Positions 1-9,886 of a stretch of 37,868 nucleotides of DNA are shown here, one piece after another. The notes beneath the pieces were generated by a model. That model did not search any database. It saw nothing but the letters and a program-made list of their open reading frames with translations, and was not told where the DNA came from. The stretch lies in the NCBI GenBank assembly GCA_033551855.1, contig JAWSUI010000036.1:1-37868 (forward strand). Reading direction: 5' to 3'. The stretch is from Deferrisomatales bacterium. Lineage in GTDB: Bacteria; Desulfobacterota; Deferrisomatia; Deferrisomatales; JACRMM01. Position 1 is the stretch's first letter. Every line of letters starts with the position of its first letter. The position numbers and the translations under genes are program-made.

Positions 1-252
1 TGCCTCACCGCAACCTTCACACGGCCATTTGGTGGCCTACCCGGGAATTGCTGCCCGCATCCGCACCTTCCGTTCTCAAGATCCGAAATTTTGCCGCGTG
101 GGGATTCCTATCGCCGTAGGCTCTCACCACTTCACAAAGAGAAGCAAAAAGCACAAAATGGGGTTGTGTTCTCTTTTCATCTCATGTAAATCCCCCCAAG
201 AGCCGATCGTGAAGAAATCTTCGACACCCGCGTCCTGGGAGGGACTCTCCTG

Positions 253-387
253 ATGCATCTGACACTCGTGGTATTCGGCCTGGCAACCCTGGCTCTCGCC
301 ATGTGGTCCTGGAACGAGGACGCGGACAACGGGAAGGTGGAGAAGGTCCCTTCTCCCACGAACGAGCCGGACAAGACCGCCCACTAG
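253..387 (+). CDS. Small putative membrane/secreted protein (44 aa, MHLTLVVFGLATLALAMWSWNEDADNGKVEKVPSPTNEPDKTAH)
   Basis: ATG at 253 with GGGAGGG about 10 nt upstream; hydrophobic N-terminal helix then charged tail; below the ORF-track size cutoff. Confidence 0.45.
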   Translation: MHLTLVVFGLATLALAMWSWNEDADNGKVEKVPSPTNEPDKTAH

Positions 388-433
388 CAACGGGCCTTCC
401 TGCTGCCCGACGGAATGGGCGCCAGGGCTCTTT

Positions 434-1285
434 TCAGGCTCTCCGCCTTCGTCCTCTGGGAATCCTCGCCTCACAGGGCACCCGGGTCTGGCACAGTCCG
501 CACCCGGCGATCTCCACCCCGTAATGCTCCCCCACCGCGTCCATGACCGTGCCGTAGGAATAGAGCCGGCACGCGTCCTTGTCGTGCCCGGCCTCCGAGA
601 TGGCCCCGGCGGGGCAGCGGGTGATGCAGACGCCGCAGTCCTCCCCCCGGCAGGAGAGGCAGTTCTCGCGATAGTCGAGAGCGGTGCGGGGGGTAGGTTC
701 GAGCACCGCGTCGGTCACGACGCTGCCGAGCCGGTGGGCGATGCCCCGGGGGCTGATGAGGGCGTCGTTGAGACTGAACGTCCCCAGTCCGGCTGCGTAG
801 GCGGCGTGACGCTCCGACCAGGTGGAGGCGATGCCGACGGGCGTGTCGTCGATCCGCTTCCAGCGGGGGCTCAGGTGGGGGGCCACCGCCCGGTGGCCGG
901 CCCGTTCCAGGAACGCGACCACCTGCCGCCGGAGCGCGTCGTTGAACTGCTCCCCGAAGTTGCGGGTGTGGGCCCAGTCCCGCGAAGGGAGGCGCTCCTC
1001 CCGACGGTTGCTCTCCCGCACCTCCCGGGCGACGGGCAGGACCCAGCACACCACCGTCCCCTCGGTGAGGGCGCCGGGCCCGAAGGCATCCTCGAAGACC
1101 TCCTCCGGGGTCAGGTGGAAACCGCCGATGATCTCCTTGTACTCGGCAAAGAGCGGGTCGCGGGCCGACGCAAAGCCAACCAGGGGTGCGTCGAAGTAGG
1201 GCCCGGGACCCGACTTCTTCCGGTTCTCGGGGCTCTCCCGGACGAACCGCTCGATCTCTTCCCGCAGGAGCGCCTCGAAGCCCAT
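434..1285 (-). CDS. QueG-like (epoxyqueuosine reductase family) 4Fe-4S protein
   Basis: PLVGFA..DPLF, WSERHAAYAAGLGTFSL, HRLGSVVTD, CxxC...CxxCxxxCP and GCGLCQxxVPC cysteine clusters; GAGGAGG RBS. Confidence 0.75.
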   Translation of the reverse strand: MGFEALLREEIERFVRESPENRKKSGPGPYFDAPLVGFASARDPLFAEYKEIIGGFHLTPEEVFEDAFGPGALTEGTVVCWVLPVAREVRESNRREERLPSRDWAHTRNFGEQFNDALRRQVVAFLERAGHRAVAPHLSPRWKRIDDTPVGIASTWSERHAAYAAGLGTFSLNDALISPRGIAHRLGSVVTDAVLEPTPRTALDYRENCLSCRGEDCGVCITRCPAGAISEAGHDKDACRLYSYGTVMDAVGEHYGVEIAGCGLCQTRVPCEARIPRGRRRRA

Positions 1286-1337
1286 CGCGTCCCTCCTCGT
1301 CTCTCGTGCGGCAACCGGGCCGGTCCCGGGCCGCGGT

Positions 1338-2147
1338 CTACGCCCCCGTCCCCCGCCGCACCTTGCGGGCCAGGTCTCCCAAAGCCCCGAGGTACGTTTC
1401 GAGGCCGTGGAGAAAGAGGCTGTTGTGGTCTGCCCCGGGGATCAGGACGAGCCTCTTGTCCTGCGCTGCGGAGGCATCGAAGAGCGCCCGTCCGTCCTCC
1501 GGCGGGATGAGCCGGTCCCGCGCGCCGTGGAGCACGAGAGTGGGCCCGCCGTACCGCCGGACCTTGTCCAGGTTTCGGAACCCGTCCGCCTCGGTCAGCC
1601 CGAGATCGGCTCCGTCGATTCCCAGGGCCTCGAGCAGCAGGAGCTCACGGGCAAAGGCGCTGTCCAGCACCAGGCCGGCGACGGCGGGCCAACCGAGCCC
1701 GGCGGCCAGCTCCAGGGCCGGGGCGCTCCCGAGGGAGCGTCCGAACACCGCGACCGACCCCGTGCAGCCCCGCTCGGCCAGCCAGGCCCGCACCCAGGGG
1801 AAGGCCGCCCGAGCGTCCGCCAGCAGGGCCGCCGCCGTGGGCCGCCCCGAGGAGCGGCCGTATCCCCGGTAGTCCAGGGCGACGAAGTTCCAGCCCGCCG
1901 AGGCGAAGAGCGGCCCCACGTCGTCGTAATCGGCGGCCACCTCGCCGTTGCCGTGGAAGAAGAGGAGGGAGGGCCGATCCGGCACGGAGGGGTGGAACCG
2001 GGCGCCGAGCACCTCCCCGTCCGCCAGGGGGATGGAGAGGTCCAGGGCCCCCTGCGGCGGGGGTCGGGCGTCCCGGCGCGGGTGGAAGAGCCGCGCCAGG
2101 ATCTCGGGCCGGTCCAGTGCGTCGGGCCCCCGGGCGCCGCCCCTCAC
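1338..2147 (-). CDS. Alpha/beta hydrolase (BEM46/ABHD-like)
   Basis: FFHGNGE, DYRGYGRS, GRSLG nucleophile motif, HGARD, GADHN; GTG start overlaps the rmuC stop (GTGA). Confidence 0.85.
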   Translation of the reverse strand: MRGGARGPDALDRPEILARLFHPRRDARPPPQGALDLSIPLADGEVLGARFHPSVPDRPSLLFFHGNGEVAADYDDVGPLFASAGWNFVALDYRGYGRSSGRPTAAALLADARAAFPWVRAWLAERGCTGSVAVFGRSLGSAPALELAAGLGWPAVAGLVLDSAFARELLLLEALGIDGADLGLTEADGFRNLDKVRRYGGPTLVLHGARDRLIPPEDGRALFDASAAQDKRLVLIPGADHNSLFLHGLETYLGALGDLARKVRRGTGA

Positions 2148-3436
2148 GGCTCCTCCTCCGGCCCCTCGGGCAGGAGGGCGCGGGCGTCCCCCTCCGGGAG
2201 GGACTCCACCTCCTTGAGGGTCCGCTGGAGCACCCGGGAGCGGCGCTCCGAGAAGTCGATCTTGTTGCCGGCCTCCTGGAGCTTCTTCCGCACCTCCGCC
2301 AGGGAGTCCCCGAACTTCTCGAACTCGCCCTTCACGGCCCCGAGGATTCGCCACACCTCTCCCGAGCGCTTCTCGATCGCGAGGGTCCGAAAGCCCATCT
2401 GCAAGCTGTTCAGGACGGCGTACAGGGTCGTGGGCCCCACCAGCACCACCTGGCTCTGCCGCTGTAGGGCCTCCACCAGGCCGGGCATGCGCAGGGCCTC
2501 GGCGTAGAGGCCCTCGGTCGGGACGAAGAGCAGCCCGAAGTCCGTGGTGTGGGGCGGCGCGAGGTACTTGGCGCGAATCGCGGCCCCCTCCGCCAGCAGG
2601 CGGCCCCGCAGGGCCCGCCGGGCCTCCTCGGCGGCGGCCCCGTCGCCGGCTTCGTACGCCTCCTGGAGGCGCAGGTAGTCCTCCTGGGGGAACTTGGCGT
2701 CGATGGGAAGGTAGACGACGGACCCGTCGTCGTCCCGCCCGGGGAGCCGCACCGCGAACTCCACCCGGTCCCGGCTCCCCGGCACCGTGGCCGCGTTCCG
2801 GTCGAATTGGGAGGGGCTGAGCACCTGCTCCAGCAGGGCCTCGAGCTGCACCTCCCCGAAGGTGCCCCGGGAGCGCACGTTCGTGAGCACCCTCTTCAGG
2901 TCCCCAACGCCGCTGGCCAGGGCCTGCATCTCCCCCAGACCCCGGTGCACCTGCTCGAGGCGCTCGCTCACCAGGCGGAACGACGCCCCCAGACGGGTCT
3001 CCAGGGTCGCGTGGAGCTTCTCCTCCACCGTGGCGCGGATCTTCTCGAGCTTGACCTCGCTGTCCCGGCGCAGGCGTTCCAGGTCCGCCGCCACCTGCCC
3101 CTGGAGGCGGTGCAGGGACTCCCCCTGGGCGTTCTGGAGCTGCTGGAAGCGGGTGGAGAGGTTCTCCAGCAGCGCGCTGCGGCTCTCCTCCAACCGCCCG
3201 GTCACCTGCAGCGCGAAATCCCCCTGGGCCCGGCCGGCCCCCTGCAGGCCCTCCCGCAGGGCCGTCTCCAGCGCCGAGCGCAGACGGTCCAACTCTGTCC
3301 CCAGCCGCTCCTCGAGCTCTGCCAGACGGCGGGACCCTCGCCGGGACGCCCGGGCCGCGGCGACCGCCACCGCCACGCCCAGGGGGACCAGGGCGAGGAC
3401 GAGAAGAAGGGACTCGGGGGTGAGGAGCTCCGGCAC
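2144..3436 (-). CDS. rmuC: DNA recombination protein RmuC
   Basis: N-terminal TM plus coiled coil, RGTFGEVQL, PIDAKFPQEDY, FVPTEGLYAE, LNSLQMGFRTLAIEKRS; GTG start at 3436 after GGAGAAG. Confidence 0.93.
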   Translation of the reverse strand: MPELLTPESLLLVLALVPLGVAVAVAAARASRRGSRRLAELEERLGTELDRLRSALETALREGLQGAGRAQGDFALQVTGRLEESRSALLENLSTRFQQLQNAQGESLHRLQGQVAADLERLRRDSEVKLEKIRATVEEKLHATLETRLGASFRLVSERLEQVHRGLGEMQALASGVGDLKRVLTNVRSRGTFGEVQLEALLEQVLSPSQFDRNAATVPGSRDRVEFAVRLPGRDDDGSVVYLPIDAKFPQEDYLRLQEAYEAGDGAAAEEARRALRGRLLAEGAAIRAKYLAPPHTTDFGLLFVPTEGLYAEALRMPGLVEALQRQSQVVLVGPTTLYAVLNSLQMGFRTLAIEKRSGEVWRILGAVKGEFEKFGDSLAEVRKKLQEAGNKIDFSERRSRVLQRTLKEVESLPEGDARALLPEGPEEEP

Positions 3437-3522
3437 GGGACTTCTCCGTTGAGGCGGGACGGCGGTACTCCCAGGGCCGGGCACTGGTCCGCCCGAAAGG
3501 TCGGTGAAGAGTAACGGGTGAG

Positions 3523-3569
3523 CGGTCCGCGGTCCGCGGTCCTCAGTCCGCGGTCCTCAGTCCTCAGTC
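3523..3569. repeat. Heptamer tandem repeat, about 6.5 units of C(G/A)GTCC(G/T)
   Basis: cggtccg cggtccg cggtcct cagtccg cggtcct cagtcct cagtc; overlaps the psd stop codon. Confidence 0.85.
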
Positions 3570-4465
3570 GTACCCTGCGGCCCGAGCTCCCCGATGTGCT
3601 CCCCCATCCGCACGCGCCTGTCGGGGTCGAGCCCCGGGTCCCAGCTCACCGCGTCCTTCCCGAACACCAGGATCACCGTGGACCCCATGTTGAAGCGGCC
3701 GAGCTCCTGCCCCCTTGCCAGGCGGACGTCCCCCGCGGGGTACTCCCAGCGCTGGACCTCCGGGCGCCGGGGGGGCGTCACCACCCCGTGCCAGACGGTC
3801 TCGATGCTCCCCACGAAGACCGCCCCGACGAGCACCAGCGCCAGGGGCCCCGCCTCGGTCTCGAACACGGCGACCACCCGTTCGTTCCGGGCGAAGAGCT
3901 CCGGGACGACCCGGGTCGTGGCGGGGCTCACGCTGAAGAGGCGGCCCGGGACGCAGACCATCTCCCGCAGGGTCCCCGCCACCGGCATGTGGATGCGGTG
4001 GTAGTCCCGGGGTGAAAGATAGAGGGTGGCGAAATTCCCGCCCCGAAAGGGAGCCGCGCGGTCCGCGCTCCCTCCGAGGAGGCGCACCAGGTCGAAGGTG
4101 CGCCCCTTGGCCTGGAGCAGGGTGCCGCCGTCCGCCCTCCCGGCCTGGCTCACCGCCGCGTCCACAGGGGAGACCACCGCGCCGGGCGCCGTGTCCACCG
4201 GCCGGGCGCCGGGCCGGAGCTCCCGGGTGAAGAAGGCGTTGAAGTCCGGATACGCCCCCGGCGAGCGGAACCGGGCCTCGTCCCAGTCGATCCGGTACGC
4301 CCGGGAGAACCAGCGGATCAGCGGGTCCTTGAACCACCGGGCCCGGGTCCGGGTGAGCCTCTCCATGGCGGCGGAGAGCAGGTGGTGGGGAAGGACGTAC
4401 TGGGGGGCGGCGCGAAGCGCGTCCCAAACCGAGAACAGCTCGCCGGTGTCACCGCGCTGGACCAT
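3557..4465 (-). CDS. psd: Phosphatidylserine decarboxylase proenzyme
   Basis: FNAFFTR, SPVD, YLSPRDYHRIHMP, LFARNER, GRFNMGSTV self-cleavage motif; ATG at 4465 after GGGAG. Confidence 0.93.
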   Translation of the reverse strand: MVQRGDTGELFSVWDALRAAPQYVLPHHLLSAAMERLTRTRARWFKDPLIRWFSRAYRIDWDEARFRSPGAYPDFNAFFTRELRPGARPVDTAPGAVVSPVDAAVSQAGRADGGTLLQAKGRTFDLVRLLGGSADRAAPFRGGNFATLYLSPRDYHRIHMPVAGTLREMVCVPGRLFSVSPATTRVVPELFARNERVVAVFETEAGPLALVLVGAVFVGSIETVWHGVVTPPRRPEVQRWEYPAGDVRLARGQELGRFNMGSTVILVFGKDAVSWDPGLDPDRRVRMGEHIGELGPQGTTED

Positions 4466-4617
4466 CGAAGCTCCCGAAGGGCCGGGGGGAAGAGAAGCGG
4501 CGGCAGGCGCCCGCCGGTCAGCCCTTTGTAGGCAACTCGGCGGGAAAGGGCAAGGCCCTCGGCGAGGAAACGTCTCGGCCTGCTCCCCACCGGCGCCCGA
4601 GGGGCCCCGAGGGGCCC

Positions 4618-4650
4618 TTGACGGCCGCCGACCCGCGCGGTAGCGTCTAC
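4618..4650 (+). promoter_or_regulatory. Sigma70-type promoter of vapBC with overlapping palindrome (candidate operator)
   Basis: TTGACG (4618-4623), 17 bp, TAGCGT (4641-4646); GTAG-N3-CTAC inverted repeat over the -10. Confidence 0.55.
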
Positions 4651-4674
4651 ACAACGACACAGGAGGAATGAAAG

Positions 4675-4929
4675 ATGGCCCTCAACATCCGAAACCCCGA
4701 GGCAGAGGAGCTGGCCGAGACGCTGGCCAGGCTCACCGGCGAGACCAAGACGGAAACGGTCACCCGCGCCCTGCGCGATCGGCTCGCCCGGCTTCGCCGG
4801 GAGCGGTCCCAGCTGCGGCTCGCCGACGAGCTCGACGAAATCGCCAAGCATTGCGCTCGACTTCCGGTGCAGGACAGGCGGACTCCGGACGAGATCCTGG
4901 GGTACGACGCCCACGGGCTGCCTCGCTGA
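4675..4929 (+). CDS. vapB: VapB-type antitoxin (Rv0623/PSK transcription factor family)
   Basis: MALNIRNPEAEELA..LA..TGETKT..V..AL...GYD..GLP family pattern; AGGAGG RBS; stop overlaps the toxin ATG. Confidence 0.88.
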   Translation: MALNIRNPEAEELAETLARLTGETKTETVTRALRDRLARLRRERSQLRLADELDEIAKHCARLPVQDRRTPDEILGYDAHGLPR

Positions 4930-5333
4930 TGGTCCTCGACACCTCGGCCCTGCTCGCCATCCTGCAGGACGAGCCCGAGCGCCGCGCCTTCAACGAGGCG
5001 ATCGAGAGTGCCGACGCCGTGCGGATGTCCGTGGCGACCCTTGTAGAGGCGTCGATCGTCATCGAAGTCCGCTACGGGGCCGAGGGGCTGAGAGATCTGG
5101 ATCGCTTCGTGGACCGCGCCGCGATCGAGCTGGCCCCGGTAGACGTCGCGCAGGCCCGCGAGGCGCGCCTCGCCTTCAGCCGGTTCGGCAAGGGCCGGCA
5201 CCCTGCCGGCCTGGACTTCGGCGACTGCTTCGCTTACGCCCTCGCCCGCGTTCTCGGGGAACCGCTCCTCTTCAAGGGTGACGACTTTTCGCAGACCGAC
5301 GTCGCCCCCTTTGCAGCCGCCCCGAACCAGTGA
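4929..5333 (+). CDS. vapC: VapC PIN-domain toxin
   Basis: MVLDTSALLAIL, GKGRHPAGLDFGDCFAYA, LLFKGDDF; TGATG coupling to the antitoxin. Confidence 0.92.
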   Translation: MVLDTSALLAILQDEPERRAFNEAIESADAVRMSVATLVEASIVIEVRYGAEGLRDLDRFVDRAAIELAPVDVAQAREARLAFSRFGKGRHPAGLDFGDCFAYALARVLGEPLLFKGDDFSQTDVAPFAAAPNQ

Positions 5334-5391
5334 GCCCAGGACACACCCGGGGCGCGGCGCGTGACCCGGGTCGCCGCCACGGGAGGTTGCC

Positions 5392-5997
5392 TCACTCCGA
5401 CGTGCCCTCTGGTGGAGGCGCCGGTTGGGCGGGGCGCTCCAGGACCAGCACGACGGTGTCCTCGTAGTCGCCGGGTCCATAAGTCTCGGTCTGCTCCTGC
5501 GCGGTCATGGGGACCAGGGTGAACCCGCCCTTCTGGTAGGCGCGGATCGCCCGCCGATTGCGTGCCGACGGGCGCAGCAGGAATGTCCCCACACCGAGCG
5601 TGGCGTGCAAGTGCGCGGCAAGCGCCGCGAGGGCATCGGGGCCGTACCCGTGCCCCGTGTCGCGCTCGGAGCGCAACCAGATGTCCAACTCCGCGTGACG
5701 GACGGGCGCATCACGGACCTCGTAGTTGACGTGGCCCACTGCCTCGCCCGCGGCCTCGATGATGTAGGAGGCCTCGAGCTCGGGTGCGGAGCCGTCGAAG
5801 AAGTGCGGTCCGTAGTCGGCACAGAACTCCTCCCAGGTCGGAGGCCGCAGTTCCGGGTACTCCGGCGGCCCCATCATCGAGGCCGTGAGGTCCGACTGCG
5901 CCAACCACGCGTACACCCGGCGCCGGTCGGACGGGCGCGCCGGGCGCAACTGCACGGTGCGGCCCTCGATCGTGGTCACACGATCATGGCCGAGCAA
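5392..5997 (-). CDS. GNAT N-acetyltransferase (RimJ/RimL-like)
   Basis: ELDIWL...TGHGYG acetyl-CoA-binding motif and N.RAIRAY.K.GF; start uncertain (TTG 5997 or GTG 5979). Confidence 0.8.
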   Translation of the reverse strand: MLGHDRVTTIEGRTVQLRPARPSDRRRVYAWLAQSDLTASMMGPPEYPELRPPTWEEFCADYGPHFFDGSAPELEASYIIEAAGEAVGHVNYEVRDAPVRHAELDIWLRSERDTGHGYGPDALAALAAHLHATLGVGTFLLRPSARNRRAIRAYQKGGFTLVPMTAQEQTETYGPGDYEDTVVLVLERPAQPAPPPEGTSE

Positions 5998-6139
5998 AGG
6001 GTTTCGGCAGCGCCCCCCGCGCGGGGCGGCCGCCGCATCGATTTTGTCGCGGGCATGTCAGTTGTCGGCATAGCCGTGGCCCCACGTCCGGGATGCATCG
6101 TGGTTGCGAAGATCCACCCCGTGGTCCACTGCGGCCTTC

Positions 6140-6657
6140 ATCGCGAGGAGCACTCCGGTCCTTCAGCCGCGACAGGCCTTCCTGTATCAGGGTCTTGCCG
6201 ATGCCTTGTCGCTGATGCCCCGGCAATACGGAAACGGGCCCAAATCCGTACCAGCTCGGGGTACCGTCCGAAATGGGGTTCTTCCGGCAAACGACCGGGT
6301 GGGCCCGCCCACTCCGGCAGACGAGGCCGGGCTGCACGGTAGGTGTTCTCCCCCGCCGCGTCCGGAATCCTCGCGACATCGCGACTCCCGAAGCGGCTGC
6401 TCACGTCGAGCGGCCGTCCGCCTACGTGGTCGGGCCCACCCGGTCGTCCCTGGACACGAGCACCCGGTCATTTACCGGATGATCCCGAAATGGCCCACCA
6501 CCCGGCCGTCCACCTCCGCCACCAGCGACAGGGTCAGAGCCCCCGCGGCGCGCAGCGCCTCGATGATGAACGGCTCCGAGTGGTTGCTGATCTCCAGGGT
6601 TGCGAACGCCGCCGTCGTCTCGTCCCGGATCACGATCTCTGGTGTCGTCATCGCCAT
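6140..6657 (-). pseudogene. Disrupted YhbS-like GNAT acetyltransferase
   Basis: N-part (EISNHSEPFIIEALRAAGALTLSLVAEVDGRVVGH, 6657-6490) and C-part (ISDGTPSWYGFGPVSVLPGHQRQGIGKTLIQEGLSRLK, from 6275) are split by a 211-bp insertion and are out of frame; C-terminus lost. Confidence 0.8.
6276..6486. mobile_element. MITE-like element, copy 1 (211 bp)
   Basis: 26-bp TIRs matching at 22/26 (GGGTTCTTCCGGCAAACGACCGGGTG vs GGGATCATCCGGTAAATGACCGGGTG); GAAATG duplicated at 6270-6275 and 6487-6492; no transposase; homologous copy at 32092-32302. Confidence 0.88.
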
Positions 6658-7136
6658 CTCACCTCAGGACCTTGCCAGTGTACCTGACCCCACTGCCTCC
6701 CTTGCCATATCACGGCGTTGTCTGGCCAACGCGACGCCACTATACCGCGAGGCGGGAACCGCGTCCGTGCAAGGACAGGAAAAGTAGCAGCGCCCGCCAA
6801 CCCGCTCTTCCCATAAGTGGCCGCCGGCATGTGGGGGCCTACGGTCCGTCACGGCGCGATGAAAGGGATCGCAAATCTGCCATGAAGAACGGCATAACCC
6901 GGGCAGTGAACGATTTGGAGGAACCTGTCTGATCTCACCCGGGGTGCACAGCCGCCGGGAAAGACACACAATTCCTCCGCATCCCAGCGACTCTGCGCGA
7001 GATCGTTCTTGCCCTTGACCCACTGAGTTTCCGGAAGGGCCAGATGAATCCCCGCTGCGCCTGGGCGTGCCTGGGAGGCGGAGCTCGGGTAAGATCGGGG
7101 GCGTTCTTACGTACCCGCCCACCTCGGAGTGCCGCC

Positions 7137-8618
<1,482 letters not shown>

Positions 8619-8624
8619 GCGGGC

Positions 8625-8713
8625 GGAGGACGGAGGGCAGAGGACCGAGGACGGAGGACCAGCCCCGTTCACCGTTCACGGGGTACCGATTACCCGTCAG
8701 GCGTCACCCGTCA
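8625..8713. repeat. Two opposed heptamer arrays (NGAGGRC x5, then CCGTTCA/CCCGTCA-like units) between convergent genes
   Basis: ggaggac ggagggc agaggac cgaggac ggaggac, followed by ccgttca ccgttca ... cccgtca ggcgtca cccgtca. Confidence 0.75.
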
Positions 8714-9672
8714 CGCCGCCCAGAGGGGTGCACGGTCCAAGGGCCGTCTTGGCCGTCGAAGGCAACCTCCCCCCTCTCGGCGAGCAGGTCCAGGTGGCCC
8801 ACGACCTCGCTCACGGCGAGGAAGGCCTGCTCGGCGGGGAGGGCGGGAAAGAGGCGCTGGGCCAGCTCCCAGGGGGTCGAGAGCCCCTGCCCTACCAGGG
8901 ATCGGAGACGGGCCGCGCGGCTCTCGTGGAGCGCCCGGCGGCGGCGGACGAGCTCGGCCACCCCCCCGAACGGCTCCCCGTGGCCGGGCAGGACCACCTC
9001 CGGCCCCAGGGCCGAGAGACGGTCCAGGGTCTCCCGGTACCGGAGCAGGGTCCTCTCCCGGAACGCCCCCTCCCCCCCTTCCAGGATGGCGTTGGACGAG
9101 ATGTGGGCCAGGAGGGTGTCACCCGAGAGGAGGACCCGCCCGTCGAAGTCCCACAGGCACAGGGCACCCCGCGCGTGGCCCGGGGTGTGGAGCACCGCGA
9201 GGGCGCGGTCCCCCTGGTGCAGGGAGTCGCCCTCCCCCAGGGTGAAGACCTCGTCCAGGGGCTCGGCGTAGGCCGGGAGCGCCGCGAAGCCGGCTTGCAG
9301 GTGCCCGAGGACCTCCGGCGGCGCCCCGGCCCGGCGGCACACCTCCACCAGGAACCCGGCGATCCGCTCCCACTCCCCCGGCTCGTCCAGGAGCCGGCCC
9401 CGGTCTGCCGGGTGGGCGTAAACCCGGCACCCCGAGGCATCCCGCACGCGCCGGGCCAAGCCTGCGTGGTCGTGGTGTGGATGGGTGAGAACGAGGCGCG
9501 CCACGCACTCGACCGGGCACCCGGCGGCCTCCAGGCCGGAGCACAGAGCGCCCCACGCCTCGTCGGTGCGCGGCCCGCAGTCCACCAACGTGACAGGCGA
9601 GGGACCCAGCAGGTAGGCGTTGACCGGGCCCACCGGGAACGGGGTGGGGACGGGGATGCGGTGAAAGGTCAT
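8704..9672 (-). CDS. Metallo-beta-lactamase-fold hydrolase
   Basis: PTPFPVGPVNAYL, LVDCG, THPHHDHAG (HxHxDH), HTPGHA, SGD, PGHG; C-terminal EVVGHLD helix. Confidence 0.9.
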   Translation of the reverse strand: MTFHRIPVPTPFPVGPVNAYLLGPSPVTLVDCGPRTDEAWGALCSGLEAAGCPVECVARLVLTHPHHDHAGLARRVRDASGCRVYAHPADRGRLLDEPGEWERIAGFLVEVCRRAGAPPEVLGHLQAGFAALPAYAEPLDEVFTLGEGDSLHQGDRALAVLHTPGHARGALCLWDFDGRVLLSGDTLLAHISSNAILEGGEGAFRERTLLRYRETLDRLSALGPEVVLPGHGEPFGGVAELVRRRRALHESRAARLRSLVGQGLSTPWELAQRLFPALPAEQAFLAVSEVVGHLDLLAERGEVAFDGQDGPWTVHPSGRRDG

Positions 9673-9680
9673 GGCGAGAA

Positions 9681-9823
9681 GGTCGGGGGTCGGGGGTCGG
9701 GTGAAGCGTCCGGCGTGGCGACGGGCCGGTCGAGGGCAAACGATCTGCGACTTCGCCCGCCATCTTCCGTCTTCCGCCCTCCGTCTTCCGCCCTCCGTCT
9801 TCCGCCCTCCGCCCTCCGTCCTC
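9681..9823. repeat. Heptamer arrays GGTCGGG x3 (9681-9701) and C(G/A)YCYTC x9 (9761-9823)
   Basis: Directly visible tandem 7-mers between the S1-like and MBL genes. Confidence 0.85.
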
Positions 9824-9886
9824 GCTCGCCGTCCAGCCGGCGCATCCGTGCGCCGGGGACCGCCCCCGGGGGCGGCCGCCGGGCGC

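Noticed and set aside
1..130. tRNA or RNase P RNA
   Set aside because: No cloverleaf or T-loop; the short RNase P-like words occur in the wrong order
434..1285. Respiratory reductive dehalogenase
   Set aside because: Too short, no Tat signal and no rdhB partner; fits a QueG-like protein better
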